From: Nitrospirota bacterium
Lineage (GTDB): Bacteria; Nitrospirota; UBA9217
Assembly: GCA_963737155.1 (NCBI GenBank)
Contig: CAVTRN010000002.1
Span: 480,001 to 544,000 of the forward strand
Direction: 5' to 3'
Length of the DNA: 64,000 nucleotides
Part shown: positions 10,717 through 19,752 of the stretch, piece after piece
How the letters are laid out: every line of letters starts with the position of its first letter
How positions within the stretch are numbered: the first letter of the stretch is position 1
Made by a program: the position numbers and the translations under genes
The notes under the pieces: model-generated
Told to the model about the DNA's origin: nothing
What the model saw: the letters and a program-made list of their open reading frames with translations, nothing else
Database searches by the model: none

Positions 10717-11368
10717 ATCCAAGAGCTCGCACCGTATGAATGAGCTTCGTCGGGTACGGGTCGTCGATCTTTCTCCGGAGTCTGCGGATCGCAACGTCTA
10801 CGATGTTGGTGTCGCCATCAAAGTTCATGTCCCATACCTGCTCGGCGATCAGCGTACGAGAGAGAACCTCACCATGGCGTCGCACAAGGAGGGACAACAA
10901 AAGAAATTCCTTGACTGTAAGATCGATACGTTGTCCATCACGAGTAGCCCGGTGGCGGGGAAAGTCTATTTGCAGATCTGCTATCTGGAACAATTCGGGC
11001 TGTCGGGCAGGACCTCGGCGGAGCACTGAGTGGATGCGGGCGAGCAGTTCGGAGAATGCAAAGGGTTTCACTAAATAGTCGTCAGCTCCGGATTCAAGCC
11101 CTTTCACCCGGTCCTGAATTGTATCGCGTGCCGTCAGAAACAGGACAGGTGTTTTTTTTCCCGCGCGGCGCAGTTCGGAAAGAATGGACCAACCGTTACG
11201 ACCCGGCATCATGATATCGAGCACGATGAAATCGTGCACCCCCGTCATAGCAAGAGAGAGTCCGTCTTCACCCTCATAAGCAATGTCGACTTGATAGCCG
11301 TTCTCGGAGAGTCCTTTCCGGAGATAAGCTGCCGTCTTTCTTTCATCTTCGATCACGAGTATCCGCAT
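10697..11368 (-). CDS. Heavy-metal response regulator (CusR/CzcR family)
   Basis: [53 protein letters not shown]. Confidence 0.93.
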   Translation of the reverse strand: MRILVIEDERKTAAYLRKGLSENGYQVDIAYEGEDGLSLAMTGVHDFIVLDIMMPGRNGWSILSELRRAGKKTPVLFLTARDTIQDRVKGLESGADDYLVKPFAFSELLARIHSVLRRGPARQPELFQIADLQIDFPRHRATRDGQRIDLTVKEFLLLSLLVRRHGEVLSRTLIAEQVWDMNFDGDTNIVDVAIRRLRRKIDDPYPTKLIHTVRALGYVLEER

Positions 11369-11774
11369 GGCAGGCAGTCAGCGCGAATTGAATAAGGGAA
11401 TGTTACAGGAAAATAAAAAGGGATGCAAGGGCATTCTGCGTTTGGTCTTTTATTTGGGGGTAGGCATTGATGAGTCTGGTCGAAATTTATGTGCTTCAAA
11501 TGATGGGAACATCACCAGCTTCAGGAAACATTCGATATGCTAAATTTAATATTATATACTTTACTACATTCTGAACATAGCAGATTCGACGATCACGTAA
11601 CTGCCGACTGAAGACTATTTTAAAACAGGGAAGCGAAGGTTCATGAAAAGCCCTGGTTACTGCCTTTGGTCAACGGGTGCGCGCCCTGATCGTGATACCC
11701 GGTGCTTATATGTATTATCCGCATGACATCCGGGCATTTTTTTGCACTTCGCACTCGTTCCTTTGAGTTGGTTG

Positions 11775-12626
11775 TCATAAGCGCATTTGCAAACCCAGGT
11801 AGAAAAGTAGAACCGGCTCGTCTCCTGTGACTTTACTGAGGAGGCTCCTGCCAGCCGAAGCTAAAAGGCCGTATTTCTTCGTAAAGTCCCATTGAGTGCC
11901 AATATTGAAAACTGCATTATCTCTTTTGAACTCTTTCGTAGTTAAGCCATGAATTTCACCCAGAATAGTAAGGTTTTTCCGAATATCTACGCCAATGAAA
12001 AATCCGTACAGCCATTCATCTTCATGATGTTTCTCGAATGTATAGCCGATCTCTCCGTCTACCAAAACCGGACCAATTTTTTTTGATACCTCGACGGGGA
12101 GAAGCAAGTTTGTATTATCCTCAGCAAGCCCTCTATTTACAGAAGATGTCAGGGAATTGAACTCGATCTGAGGATAGGTAGACATATTTACTCCATGCTG
12201 TTCCTCATCAAGAAACCGCCATTTAACACCAAAATTCGAATTGCCCAGCCCGCTTTGTGTTCCGATTCCCTGCTCATGGAGAATCAGCCAGGGGATTTCA
12301 TATTTTATTTGGATATTGTCCCCTACACCGTAATTTAGGTCAAGGTTAGGAGCTTCATACGTTGATTCAGTTAGAAGTTTGTCGAGGGTGAGGGCTACGT
12401 TGATTTCCCAGCGTTTATCTCCAGGTGTGTCAGGGTCGTCAGTAAGGAGTGGGGGACTCGCAAAAGCCGGCACTACCATTAAGAAGAGAAGGAATACAAC
12501 AATGCAAAAAAGACAACTAATGTTATGTCTCTTTTTACCGTTGAGGCAAGAACCGTGCTGTGGAACCAGGTTTTGCCGAAGACGAATGAATGGTCGCAGT
12601 GCCTCTAAAGATCGTATATAAGGCAT
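11775..12626 (-). CDS. Putative outer-membrane beta-barrel protein (true start probably downstream)
   Basis: Signal peptide ending AFA-S, PPLLTDDPDTPG motif, alternating amphipathic strands, C-terminal YLGLQMRL. Confidence 0.65.
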   Translation of the reverse strand: MPYIRSLEALRPFIRLRQNLVPQHGSCLNGKKRHNISCLFCIVVFLLFLMVVPAFASPPLLTDDPDTPGDKRWEINVALTLDKLLTESTYEAPNLDLNYGVGDNIQIKYEIPWLILHEQGIGTQSGLGNSNFGVKWRFLDEEQHGVNMSTYPQIEFNSLTSSVNRGLAEDNTNLLLPVEVSKKIGPVLVDGEIGYTFEKHHEDEWLYGFFIGVDIRKNLTILGEIHGLTTKEFKRDNAVFNIGTQWDFTKKYGLLASAGRSLLSKVTGDEPVLLFYLGLQMRL

Positions 12627-12711
12627 GTTTTTTTGGCAAACCCAAGCATATTATCCATCGGTGTGTTCGTTTGTTCCAGGGCTAATATATTGAAAGTCCA
12701 TTGATCCTGAC

Positions 12712-13569
12712 CTAAAACTTATAGGTAATCAAAACGCCTCGTTCTTTCCCCTCTATCAATGGCACAAAGCCCAGGGTGCTCTTGTGAGAATGGGAGGCAA
12801 CAACCTCTTTACCCGTAAAATACGCTATTGCGGACCCTACAAAGACATCGGATGCCCAATGAGCATTCTCATGGAGCCGTTCGAAGCCTATGAGTAGAGA
12901 GGCCCCATACACCAAGGGGGGGACAATCATGTTATTATACTCTGTAGCAACAACGGTGGCTATTGAAAATGCCGAAGCGGCATCACCTGAGGGGAATGAC
13001 TGGTAGTCCCCGTTGGTCGTAAATCCAGTCCACGTATCGTGCGGGTCCCCTGTATAGGGGCGAGCCCTTCCCGCTGCGTGTTTCAAAACTTCAACAAAAG
13101 CGCCAGTAATAACAAAGCTTTCAGCAGACAGTAGAAATGTTGTCTTGGCTTTATCATCTGAAGCAATGTACCCGTAGGCACCGAGACCAACCACGACAGG
13201 CACAGAGTAAGTGCCTATCTTCTTGGCATCGTCTGAAAGGTTCTGAGTTGTTGCGTTATCGTGTTTTCGAAACCATGTCTTAATCTGCTCATCTTGCGTG
13301 TACAATCCCACAGCGACACCCGTAACGATGGACGCCTCCAGCCAGTCAGACGGGTTCCACCGTGCTGGCGATGTTAAGATATTCATGGTATCTGTCAAAT
13401 AGCCGGTGAAATAAGCCTTGTTTAGATCAACCGATGTCGTCCCCGAGGATGACAATTGGGCACTTTCCGCAGGAACTAGCGAATTGTCCGTGGCAAGAGC
13501 AGATGAAGTTGCGGTAAGAACCAGAAGAGCGACAATACCATATGTTCTCAAAAAATGAATGGACGACAT
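12712..13569 (-). CDS. PAP2-family phosphatase
   Basis: K.AAGRARP, SFPSG, R....HWASDV motifs; signal peptide; His of PSGH replaced by Asp (PSGD). Confidence 0.85.
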   Translation of the reverse strand: MSSIHFLRTYGIVALLVLTATSSALATDNSLVPAESAQLSSSGTTSVDLNKAYFTGYLTDTMNILTSPARWNPSDWLEASIVTGVAVGLYTQDEQIKTWFRKHDNATTQNLSDDAKKIGTYSVPVVVGLGAYGYIASDDKAKTTFLLSAESFVITGAFVEVLKHAAGRARPYTGDPHDTWTGFTTNGDYQSFPSGDAASAFSIATVVATEYNNMIVPPLVYGASLLIGFERLHENAHWASDVFVGSAIAYFTGKEVVASHSHKSTLGFVPLIEGKERGVLITYKF

Positions 13570-13763
13570 TTACAAACTCCTATTGGAACAACAGAGTTCA
13601 AATATTTGTAACAGCATATTATAGCGAGTACATACAACATCGTGAGATTGCAACTCTTTTCTAAGTCAGCATGTAAAGATTAAGGTGATTTCGGCTAGTC
13701 CCCTGTATCCAGAATCTTTTTTCTTCGTTCGAATAGCTGTTCATTATTTTCGCCTGCTATCTA

Positions 13764-15467
13764 TCATTCCTGTCGGCAGTTTGCTGCCGGTCCGCCCGCT
13801 GTATAAGATAAAGACGTCGGTCTGTTGGATATGAGCAGTTTGTCTCCTTCCTCCCCCAAGACGTAGGAGCATTTAAGCACGCGTTCAAACTTCTGGTACT
13901 GTTCCCGGTCGATGACGCACAGGGCCCTTTTATTTGAAGCGAAATAGTTCAGCAGCTCTTGTTCACTGGAGAGAATGGCTGCCCTGCGATTCGTGTAGAA
14001 CAAGGCCGTATCTCTTATCCTTCCGAAAAAAACGAGCTTCTCCCCAGGAGGAAGCATACCGTCCATTTCCTTTGCCAGTGCCAGGGTAGAGCGATAGGGA
14101 TTGATAAGGGGAATATAAACCGTGTTGACAACGATGATCCCCACGACGAATGTCGCGGCTAGGGTCGCAAAGGAAGCACGGTAATGCCGGAAGACATGGA
14201 AGAAAAAGGCGACGGTCACGATGCCGGTGAACATAAGCAAGAAACCATACAGGTCATGAAGGTTTATTCCGTACTGCAGTTGTAACTTTATTACCTGCGG
14301 TTGGAACAGCATAATGAACGCCGTACCCGCCAGGAAGAAAACTGGCAGGGGTGCGAGGGACCAGGTAGTGCCTCGGTGCAAGCCGGGAGTCGGGGTCGTC
14401 ATGATTTCCTGCCAGGCCCTCCCGATCAGCAAAGCAGCCGCCGGTAATGCAGGCAGGATATAGGTGCCGAGTTTGGAGCTCGCCACAGAGAAGAAGAGGA
14501 AGATCACCAGGAACCAGCACAGAAGAAAAAGTACACCATCGTCGATCTTCTGCAGCTTCCTATTCAGGGGCCGGAGAAAGGCCAGGGGTATGAAACATGA
14601 CCACGGCAGCATGCCGCCAAGCAGGACTGGAATATAGTAATAAAAAGGCTGGAGATGATGGGCTTGCGTATTCGATAGGAAATTCCCGAAATTTAGCTTG
14701 AGAAAAAAATACGATAGATAATCCGGGTTTCTCATACTTATGAGCACGTACCAGGGTGCGGCGACGAGCAGAAAAATAAGTGTTCCCCATCCCAGGGACA
14801 TCTCCTTCAGGAAATTGAGTCTGCCCTTTACTAGGAGAAAGAGACCGATGATCATGCCTGGCAGCAGGAGCCCGATGGGCCCCTTGGCCAAGGCGGCGAA
14901 ACCCATCGCGGCATAACACAGAAACAGGCGTATCCGGCGATGCCGTTGATTGCTGAACGCGGCGTAAAAGAAATACAGGGCTAGGCTGATGAAGAAGGCC
15001 AGGGAGATGTCGTGCATCACCGTTCGGGAAAGGACGATGAACTCCGGGCTGGTGGCTAGGACCACGCCTGCCAGAAGACCGGCCCGGGAGCCAAACAATA
15101 GCCTTCCGAACGCGTAGCTCACGAGGACCGTCGCAAGACCGAGGACTGCGGCCGGTAGCCGTGCCGCAAATGCTGTGAACCCGAATACGACGAATGAGAT
15201 TGCGGCAAACCAGTTGAAGAGCACCGGCTTGTCATAAAAATTTACGCCGTTTGACTTGGTAGTGACCCAATCACCGGTCAAGACCATATCTTTTGATGTT
15301 GCGGCGTGCATGCCCTCATCGACATCCCACAAGGGTCTGTCGCCCAGTTGAAAGAACAAAACAACGATGCAGAGAGCGCACAGAACGAGAATGGAAAGAT
15401 AGTCCCGTTTCGTGATCCCCTGATCTAACCCTCCCTGCGCAGGAGATTCTGTTACCAATGAGAACAT
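13764..15467 (-). CDS. ArnT/GT39-like membrane glycosyltransferase
   Basis: LWDVDEG, FYDKPVLFNW, AARLP, LAKGPIG, APWY, SKLGTYILP; many TM helices. Confidence 0.9.
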   Translation of the reverse strand: MFSLVTESPAQGGLDQGITKRDYLSILVLCALCIVVLFFQLGDRPLWDVDEGMHAATSKDMVLTGDWVTTKSNGVNFYDKPVLFNWFAAISFVVFGFTAFAARLPAAVLGLATVLVSYAFGRLLFGSRAGLLAGVVLATSPEFIVLSRTVMHDISLAFFISLALYFFYAAFSNQRHRRIRLFLCYAAMGFAALAKGPIGLLLPGMIIGLFLLVKGRLNFLKEMSLGWGTLIFLLVAAPWYVLISMRNPDYLSYFFLKLNFGNFLSNTQAHHLQPFYYYIPVLLGGMLPWSCFIPLAFLRPLNRKLQKIDDGVLFLLCWFLVIFLFFSVASSKLGTYILPALPAAALLIGRAWQEIMTTPTPGLHRGTTWSLAPLPVFFLAGTAFIMLFQPQVIKLQLQYGINLHDLYGFLLMFTGIVTVAFFFHVFRHYRASFATLAATFVVGIIVVNTVYIPLINPYRSTLALAKEMDGMLPPGEKLVFFGRIRDTALFYTNRRAAILSSEQELLNYFASNKRALCVIDREQYQKFERVLKCSYVLGEEGDKLLISNRPTSLSYTAGGPAANCRQE

Positions 15468-15674
15468 TATAATACTGCTCCTTATATTGCGCCAATTCTG
15501 AGGAACCCATAAAAATCTGAATTAACCATGGGATCACCGCAGGCTCGGAGTAAACCAATTTAATAATTTATTTAACTGTCTCTGTGTGCCACAATGGCGG
15601 ATTTCTGACTTTATCAAATATACCGTATTTTAGCGTTCCATTTAGGTGTTTTCCGCGATGCTGGCGTGTACACA

Positions 15675-17089
15675 TGTTTTGCCTCAGTCGGAAGTGGACA
15701 GTGTAGCCATCTGAGTTAAGGGATATCCGGATGCCCCGGATCGGGCGCTTTTCTCATATACCTGCTGTCTCTTGACTCTGCGTTGTTCCCGGGCGGCTTC
15801 AAGCTTCTGATCCCGTTCTTTGAAAATCTCCTTATCCCTACCGTTCAGTTTGTCTGCGGGGGCGATGTAACCGATGGCGCTATGGAGTCGGACGGTGTTG
15901 TAGTGCTCGATGTACTCTGCCACAAGTCTCCTGGCTTCGTCAAGTGAGAGCGGTGTCTTCGGGCGAATGCATTCTCCTTTGATTGTTTTATGGAACCGCT
16001 CCAGTTTGCCGTTTGACTGCGGATAATAAGGCGACGTCCGTACATGCGTCATACCGGACAGCCGAATGAACTCTTTGAAGTCCTTGGCGATGAACTGTGG
16101 ACCGTTGTCCGATATGATCCGGGGACGCGCTTCCGGGAACTTCTCCTTTGCCTTTTGAAGGATGATCTCGATATCCGTCTCCTCCATCTTCTCCCGGATC
16201 TCCCAGTGGATGATAAAACGACTGCATCCGTCGAGAAAGCTGCACAAGTAGTAAAACGTGCCGCAAATGTTGATGTATGAAACGTCTACGTGCCAATGTT
16301 CGTGGGGCAGAAGCGGCTGAACAAAGCCGGTGCCCTTCTTGCTGGGTTTTTTGTTCCACCGCTCTAAAAGCCCTGCCTTTGAAAGAATACGCCATACACT
16401 GGCGGGGCTGACTGCAACCACGTTCCGGTCGAGCATCATGAACGTGAGCCGCCGGTAGCCTTCAAGCGGGTTATTGATGCAGAACTGAATAATTGCTTCT
16501 CGTTCCCATTCCTCCAGCCAAAAATCACGAGGGATGGGGGCATTATGCTCGTTGACCTTGCCGTAGCGTTTGATCCAGGTGTAGAATTTGCTCTTGCGGA
16601 CGGCAAGCCAGTCGATGAAATGTGTGATCGGGATGCCAGTCTTATCGTTCCATTTCTGGACAAAGTCAACGATAGCGTCTCTTGTATCATGGGGAACCCA
16701 GACGCCGGTTAAAGCTCCCCAAGTTCTTTTTTTAACTTTACATGCTCCTCCATCAGCTCGGACACTACTTCATTCTTTTTTTGGAGCTTCTCTTCAAGCT
16801 GTTGGATGCGCTTCTGATCTTTGCGGTTGGAGCCATTGGTGCCTCGAATGAATGCTGCCGAGGCATTCTCAAACAACTGCTTCTGCCAATCGTAGAAAAC
16901 TTTGGGCTGAAGATGGTACTCGTCGCACAAAACGGAAACAGCGACTCCTTCGGTCAAATGACGTTTGAGGATCATGACTTTTTCTTCGGGTGTGTAGTTG
17001 TGACGTTTCTTTTTCATGGACTTTCCTCCGTTCGAGATAGTAGTGTATCTCAAATCGGCTAAAAGTCCAGTTCACGCTGAGCCAAAACA
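15675..17089 (-). mobile_element. IS3-family insertion sequence
   Basis: Imperfect terminal IRs TGTTTTG(C/G)CTCAG..GAA.TGGAC; 4-bp target duplication CACA (15671-15674, 17090-17093). Confidence 0.93.
15684..17017 (-). CDS. IS3 transposase OrfAB (OrfA 17017-16709; -1 programmed frameshift into OrfB)
   Basis: HTH OrfA; AAAAAAAG slippery run near 16727-16734; OrfB integrase core WHVD, ISDNGPQF, PQSNGKLER. Confidence 0.9.
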
Positions 17090-17330
17090 CACAGAACGCC
17101 ATGTTGACCGACAGGTCCTAGATTAGACGCGAACCACGCACTCTCATGTGAATCTGTCTTGTGCGAAACCGCAGCCACGACGTTCTTTCTCCGCTCGATC
17201 AACGCGCGGAGACATTTGAATCCGATGTTTTGATAACCAAAGACAAGTATACACTGCTGTTCATGGTTACCCGCAGGCGTCCGCAAGGGATCGAACAATC
17301 GCGTGATGTGCAAGCTTTTATAGATATTGC

Positions 17331-17395
17331 AGTATATCAGGAGGGATAGGACAGGAACATGACAGGAAGATTACAATTTTGTTATCTTGTTACTG
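17331..17395 (-). promoter_or_regulatory. Second CusR-like binding array/promoter homologous to 9187-9250
   Basis: GACAGGAACATGACAGGAAGATTACAATTTTGTTATCTTG nearly identical to the 9206-9246 copy; TATACT -10 at the equivalent position. Confidence 0.65.
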
Positions 17396-18012
17396 CCACC
17401 GGCGTTGGACAAAGCAATGCATTATATTAACAAATTATGGCGAATGCGGAGTAGTTAAAAAACTCATATAATAGATAGATAAAAAATTGGCTATACTATA
17501 TCTCAACAGACCTAAAAGCTGCTGTAACTGCTAAAAGAGCTGTCTAATTTAGATTGAATTAAATTAATCTGATAAAGTACGACTAAATTATGAGAATATC
17601 CACAGGTTTCAGGAAATTGTTATTTTTCGATTAATCGAAGCATAAAATACATTGAACCACACCACATTCAAAATGAATTGTTCAAAATGACTTTTCAGTT
17701 TATTGACTTGTCAATAAATACCATATTCCCAAGATGTTGCAACTCAATTCATTAAGGCATATTTCTTGCTGCAATATAAGCGTTGAACTACGTTAAATGA
17801 CGGTGAATCAAGAACATGTACTTGGGCGTCCTTGATGCATAAGCTAAAATACGCTTTTTATGCCCGGAAAAGAGTTGTAGCGCTAGATGAAAAAATCAAT
17901 TGCATGAAATTACTATAAACTCAGGAACTTTAAAACTGATATGGTTGACAGTTGTCAATAGGGAAAATAGTCTCCTGCCCCTTTTTTTCAAAGGGTTCAT
18001 TGTTTCAATATG

Positions 18013-18205
18013 TTCCAAGGCGTAAGGAGGGACGGGGCCGACTTGTGCGACGTTTGATCACTCTGATATTCGCGGGTTTGACCGCAAGACCTTTCTTCGC
18101 CGCGGAGCTGCCTCGCTCTATTAACGGAAGTTCGGCATTGCCTTATTCCATAGTTTGGACGAGGATTCTCCGTAAACGTGGCCGCGTCCCCGCTTATGCC
18201 TTGGA
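18013..18205 (-). ncRNA. Putative bridge/seek RNA of the IS1111-type element
   Basis: About 25-bp closing stem enclosing two stem-loops; loop segments resemble the target flank and the donor junction; lies 3' of the recombinase as in IS1111-group elements. Confidence 0.6.
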
Positions 18206-18465
18206 GGTTGTTTATTGTTTGCTTGCGTCCTCCTTTGTTTTGCCTCAGTCGTTTGAGTCGCCATTGTTACCGGGTGACTTCAAGTTTTTGATCCTGTTCT
18301 TTGGAAAGCTCGATGCTCCCGCCTATGTTGACGATTTGAGCGGTTTTTACCTTTGAGGGTTGATTTTTTCTTTCATAAATGCCCCAGGATTGATTTTCCA
18401 GAGACAGTCCATGCCAAGATACCCCCTCAAGTTTTGTGTGACGCCTTGTTCTTGGGTTAATCTTC

Positions 18466-19578
18466 TTATGCGCTCTGGAGATTCACTTCCCGGGCAATTG
18501 CCCATATGAAGCCGCATAGTTCCCTGGCAATGGCGGTTACCACCTTGTTCCTGGGCTTCCCTTTGGCCGTGAGTTTACGGAACCGTCCGCAGAGACGCAC
18601 CTGGGCTTTCCAGGAGATATCACAGATATTTTTCGGCAGCCCCTCCTGCCGCTTGAGGATTACCCGGCTCACTCGGGCCGGCAGACTGTAGGCTTGGGCC
18701 GCTTCAATCAATGCGCGCCTGACGTGGGTGTTTCCGGTTTTGGTGATAGCACCCCGTCTGGTGCTGTCGCCGCTGGAGTATTCGGAAGGGACCAATCCAA
18801 GGTATCCCATGAGCTGCTTGGGATTTTCAAAACGTCCCAAGTCTCCGATCTCGGCCATGGTGGTCGCGGCAGTTACATCCGCGATGCCGCGTAACGATTG
18901 GATTGCGAGTGCAACAGGGGCCGTTCGGCATGTGGGCATAAGCGTTTGAATCTGCTCCGTAAGCCGGGCCACACGCTCTGCGCATTCCTTCACCGTGTTG
19001 ATGTACTCTTGCAGCGTGATCTGCTGTGCAGGGTGTGGCATCTTGATATCAGACAACCAGCGCATGTGGGCTTGGGTCCATGCGGTTTCTCCAGAGTAAC
19101 GGTGTCCATGCCGCAGGAGCATCGCGCCTAACCTCTGCCGGGCAGTGCGATGGGCCTTGACTGCGTCTTCGCGGCATCGGGTCAGGTCTCTCATGGCTTC
19201 ATCATCCTCTTGGGGCACGTAAACAGGAGTCAGTTCTCCGGCCCGATACAGCCTGGCTAGACTTTGCGCGTCACGACGATCGGTCTTGACGCGATCGCCG
19301 CTTTTCTTGGGAATCAGCGATGGTGCCACAACCGTGCATTTGTAACCTCTCTTGGTTAGATGGCGGTATATTTCGTAACCACACGGCCCGGCTTCATAGA
19401 CGAAGTGCAGTTCTGAGCCTTTGCTTTCAAGCTTTCTGACCATTTTGTCCAATGACGCCATGTCGCCGCCGATTTTGCCGTAGTAGCGAACCTCTTGGCT
19501 GCCGCCAAATTCGGCCGTTGCTACAGCTATGGAGTTTTTTGCTGAATCGAGTCCTACGATTGTGATAGAATCTTTCAT
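18466..19578 (-). CDS. IS110-family DEDD recombinase/transposase
   Basis: GLDSAK, YEAGPCG, KTDRRDA, GLVPSEYSSG, GAITKTGN; AGGAGG RBS. Confidence 0.95.
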   Translation of the reverse strand: MKDSITIVGLDSAKNSIAVATAEFGGSQEVRYYGKIGGDMASLDKMVRKLESKGSELHFVYEAGPCGYEIYRHLTKRGYKCTVVAPSLIPKKSGDRVKTDRRDAQSLARLYRAGELTPVYVPQEDDEAMRDLTRCREDAVKAHRTARQRLGAMLLRHGHRYSGETAWTQAHMRWLSDIKMPHPAQQITLQEYINTVKECAERVARLTEQIQTLMPTCRTAPVALAIQSLRGIADVTAATTMAEIGDLGRFENPKQLMGYLGLVPSEYSSGDSTRRGAITKTGNTHVRRALIEAAQAYSLPARVSRVILKRQEGLPKNICDISWKAQVRLCGRFRKLTAKGKPRNKVVTAIARELCGFIWAIAREVNLQSA

Positions 19579-19752
19579 GACCTGCCTCCTTGTTTGTGGC
19601 TCTGTATTTGGACACCCATTGCATCCAAGTATAACCCACGGTGACAAGGGGCAGGTCACTTTTTCAACTGTCAACCATTATGTCTATTATCTACAATGCT
19701 TAGAGGCGAGTCAGACAACAATAAAGGTTGGCTTTCTATTTGAGATGCGAAA

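Larger units (their letters stand above)
15615..17255 (-). pseudogene. ArnA-like formyltransferase N-terminal remnant split by IS3
   Basis: ILVFGYQNIGFKCLRALI..VVAAVSH..ESAWFAS right of the IS; VYTPASRKTPKWNAKIR* resumes left of the IS with a frameshift. Confidence 0.65.
17939..19685 (-). mobile_element. IS110-family element, IS1111-type (sub-terminal IRs, long 3' non-coding region)
   Basis: 14-bp IR ATGGTTGACAGTTG at 17941-17954 and 19665-19678; AT core dinucleotide at both junctions; no target duplication. Confidence 0.85.

Noticed and set aside
16436-16690. Separate 84-aa gene within IS3
   Set aside because: Wrong frame; OrfB continues through this interval and is reached by -1 frameshifting
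17699-17718. Perfect palindrome TTTATTGAC-TT-GTCAATAAA as an FNR/CRP site
   Set aside because: Spacing does not fit TTGAT-N4-ATCAA; single occurrence in AT-rich DNA with no assignable regulator
17952-18356. 134-aa plus-strand ORF
   Set aside because: Lies antisense in the IS1111 non-coding end, which is better explained as structured RNA
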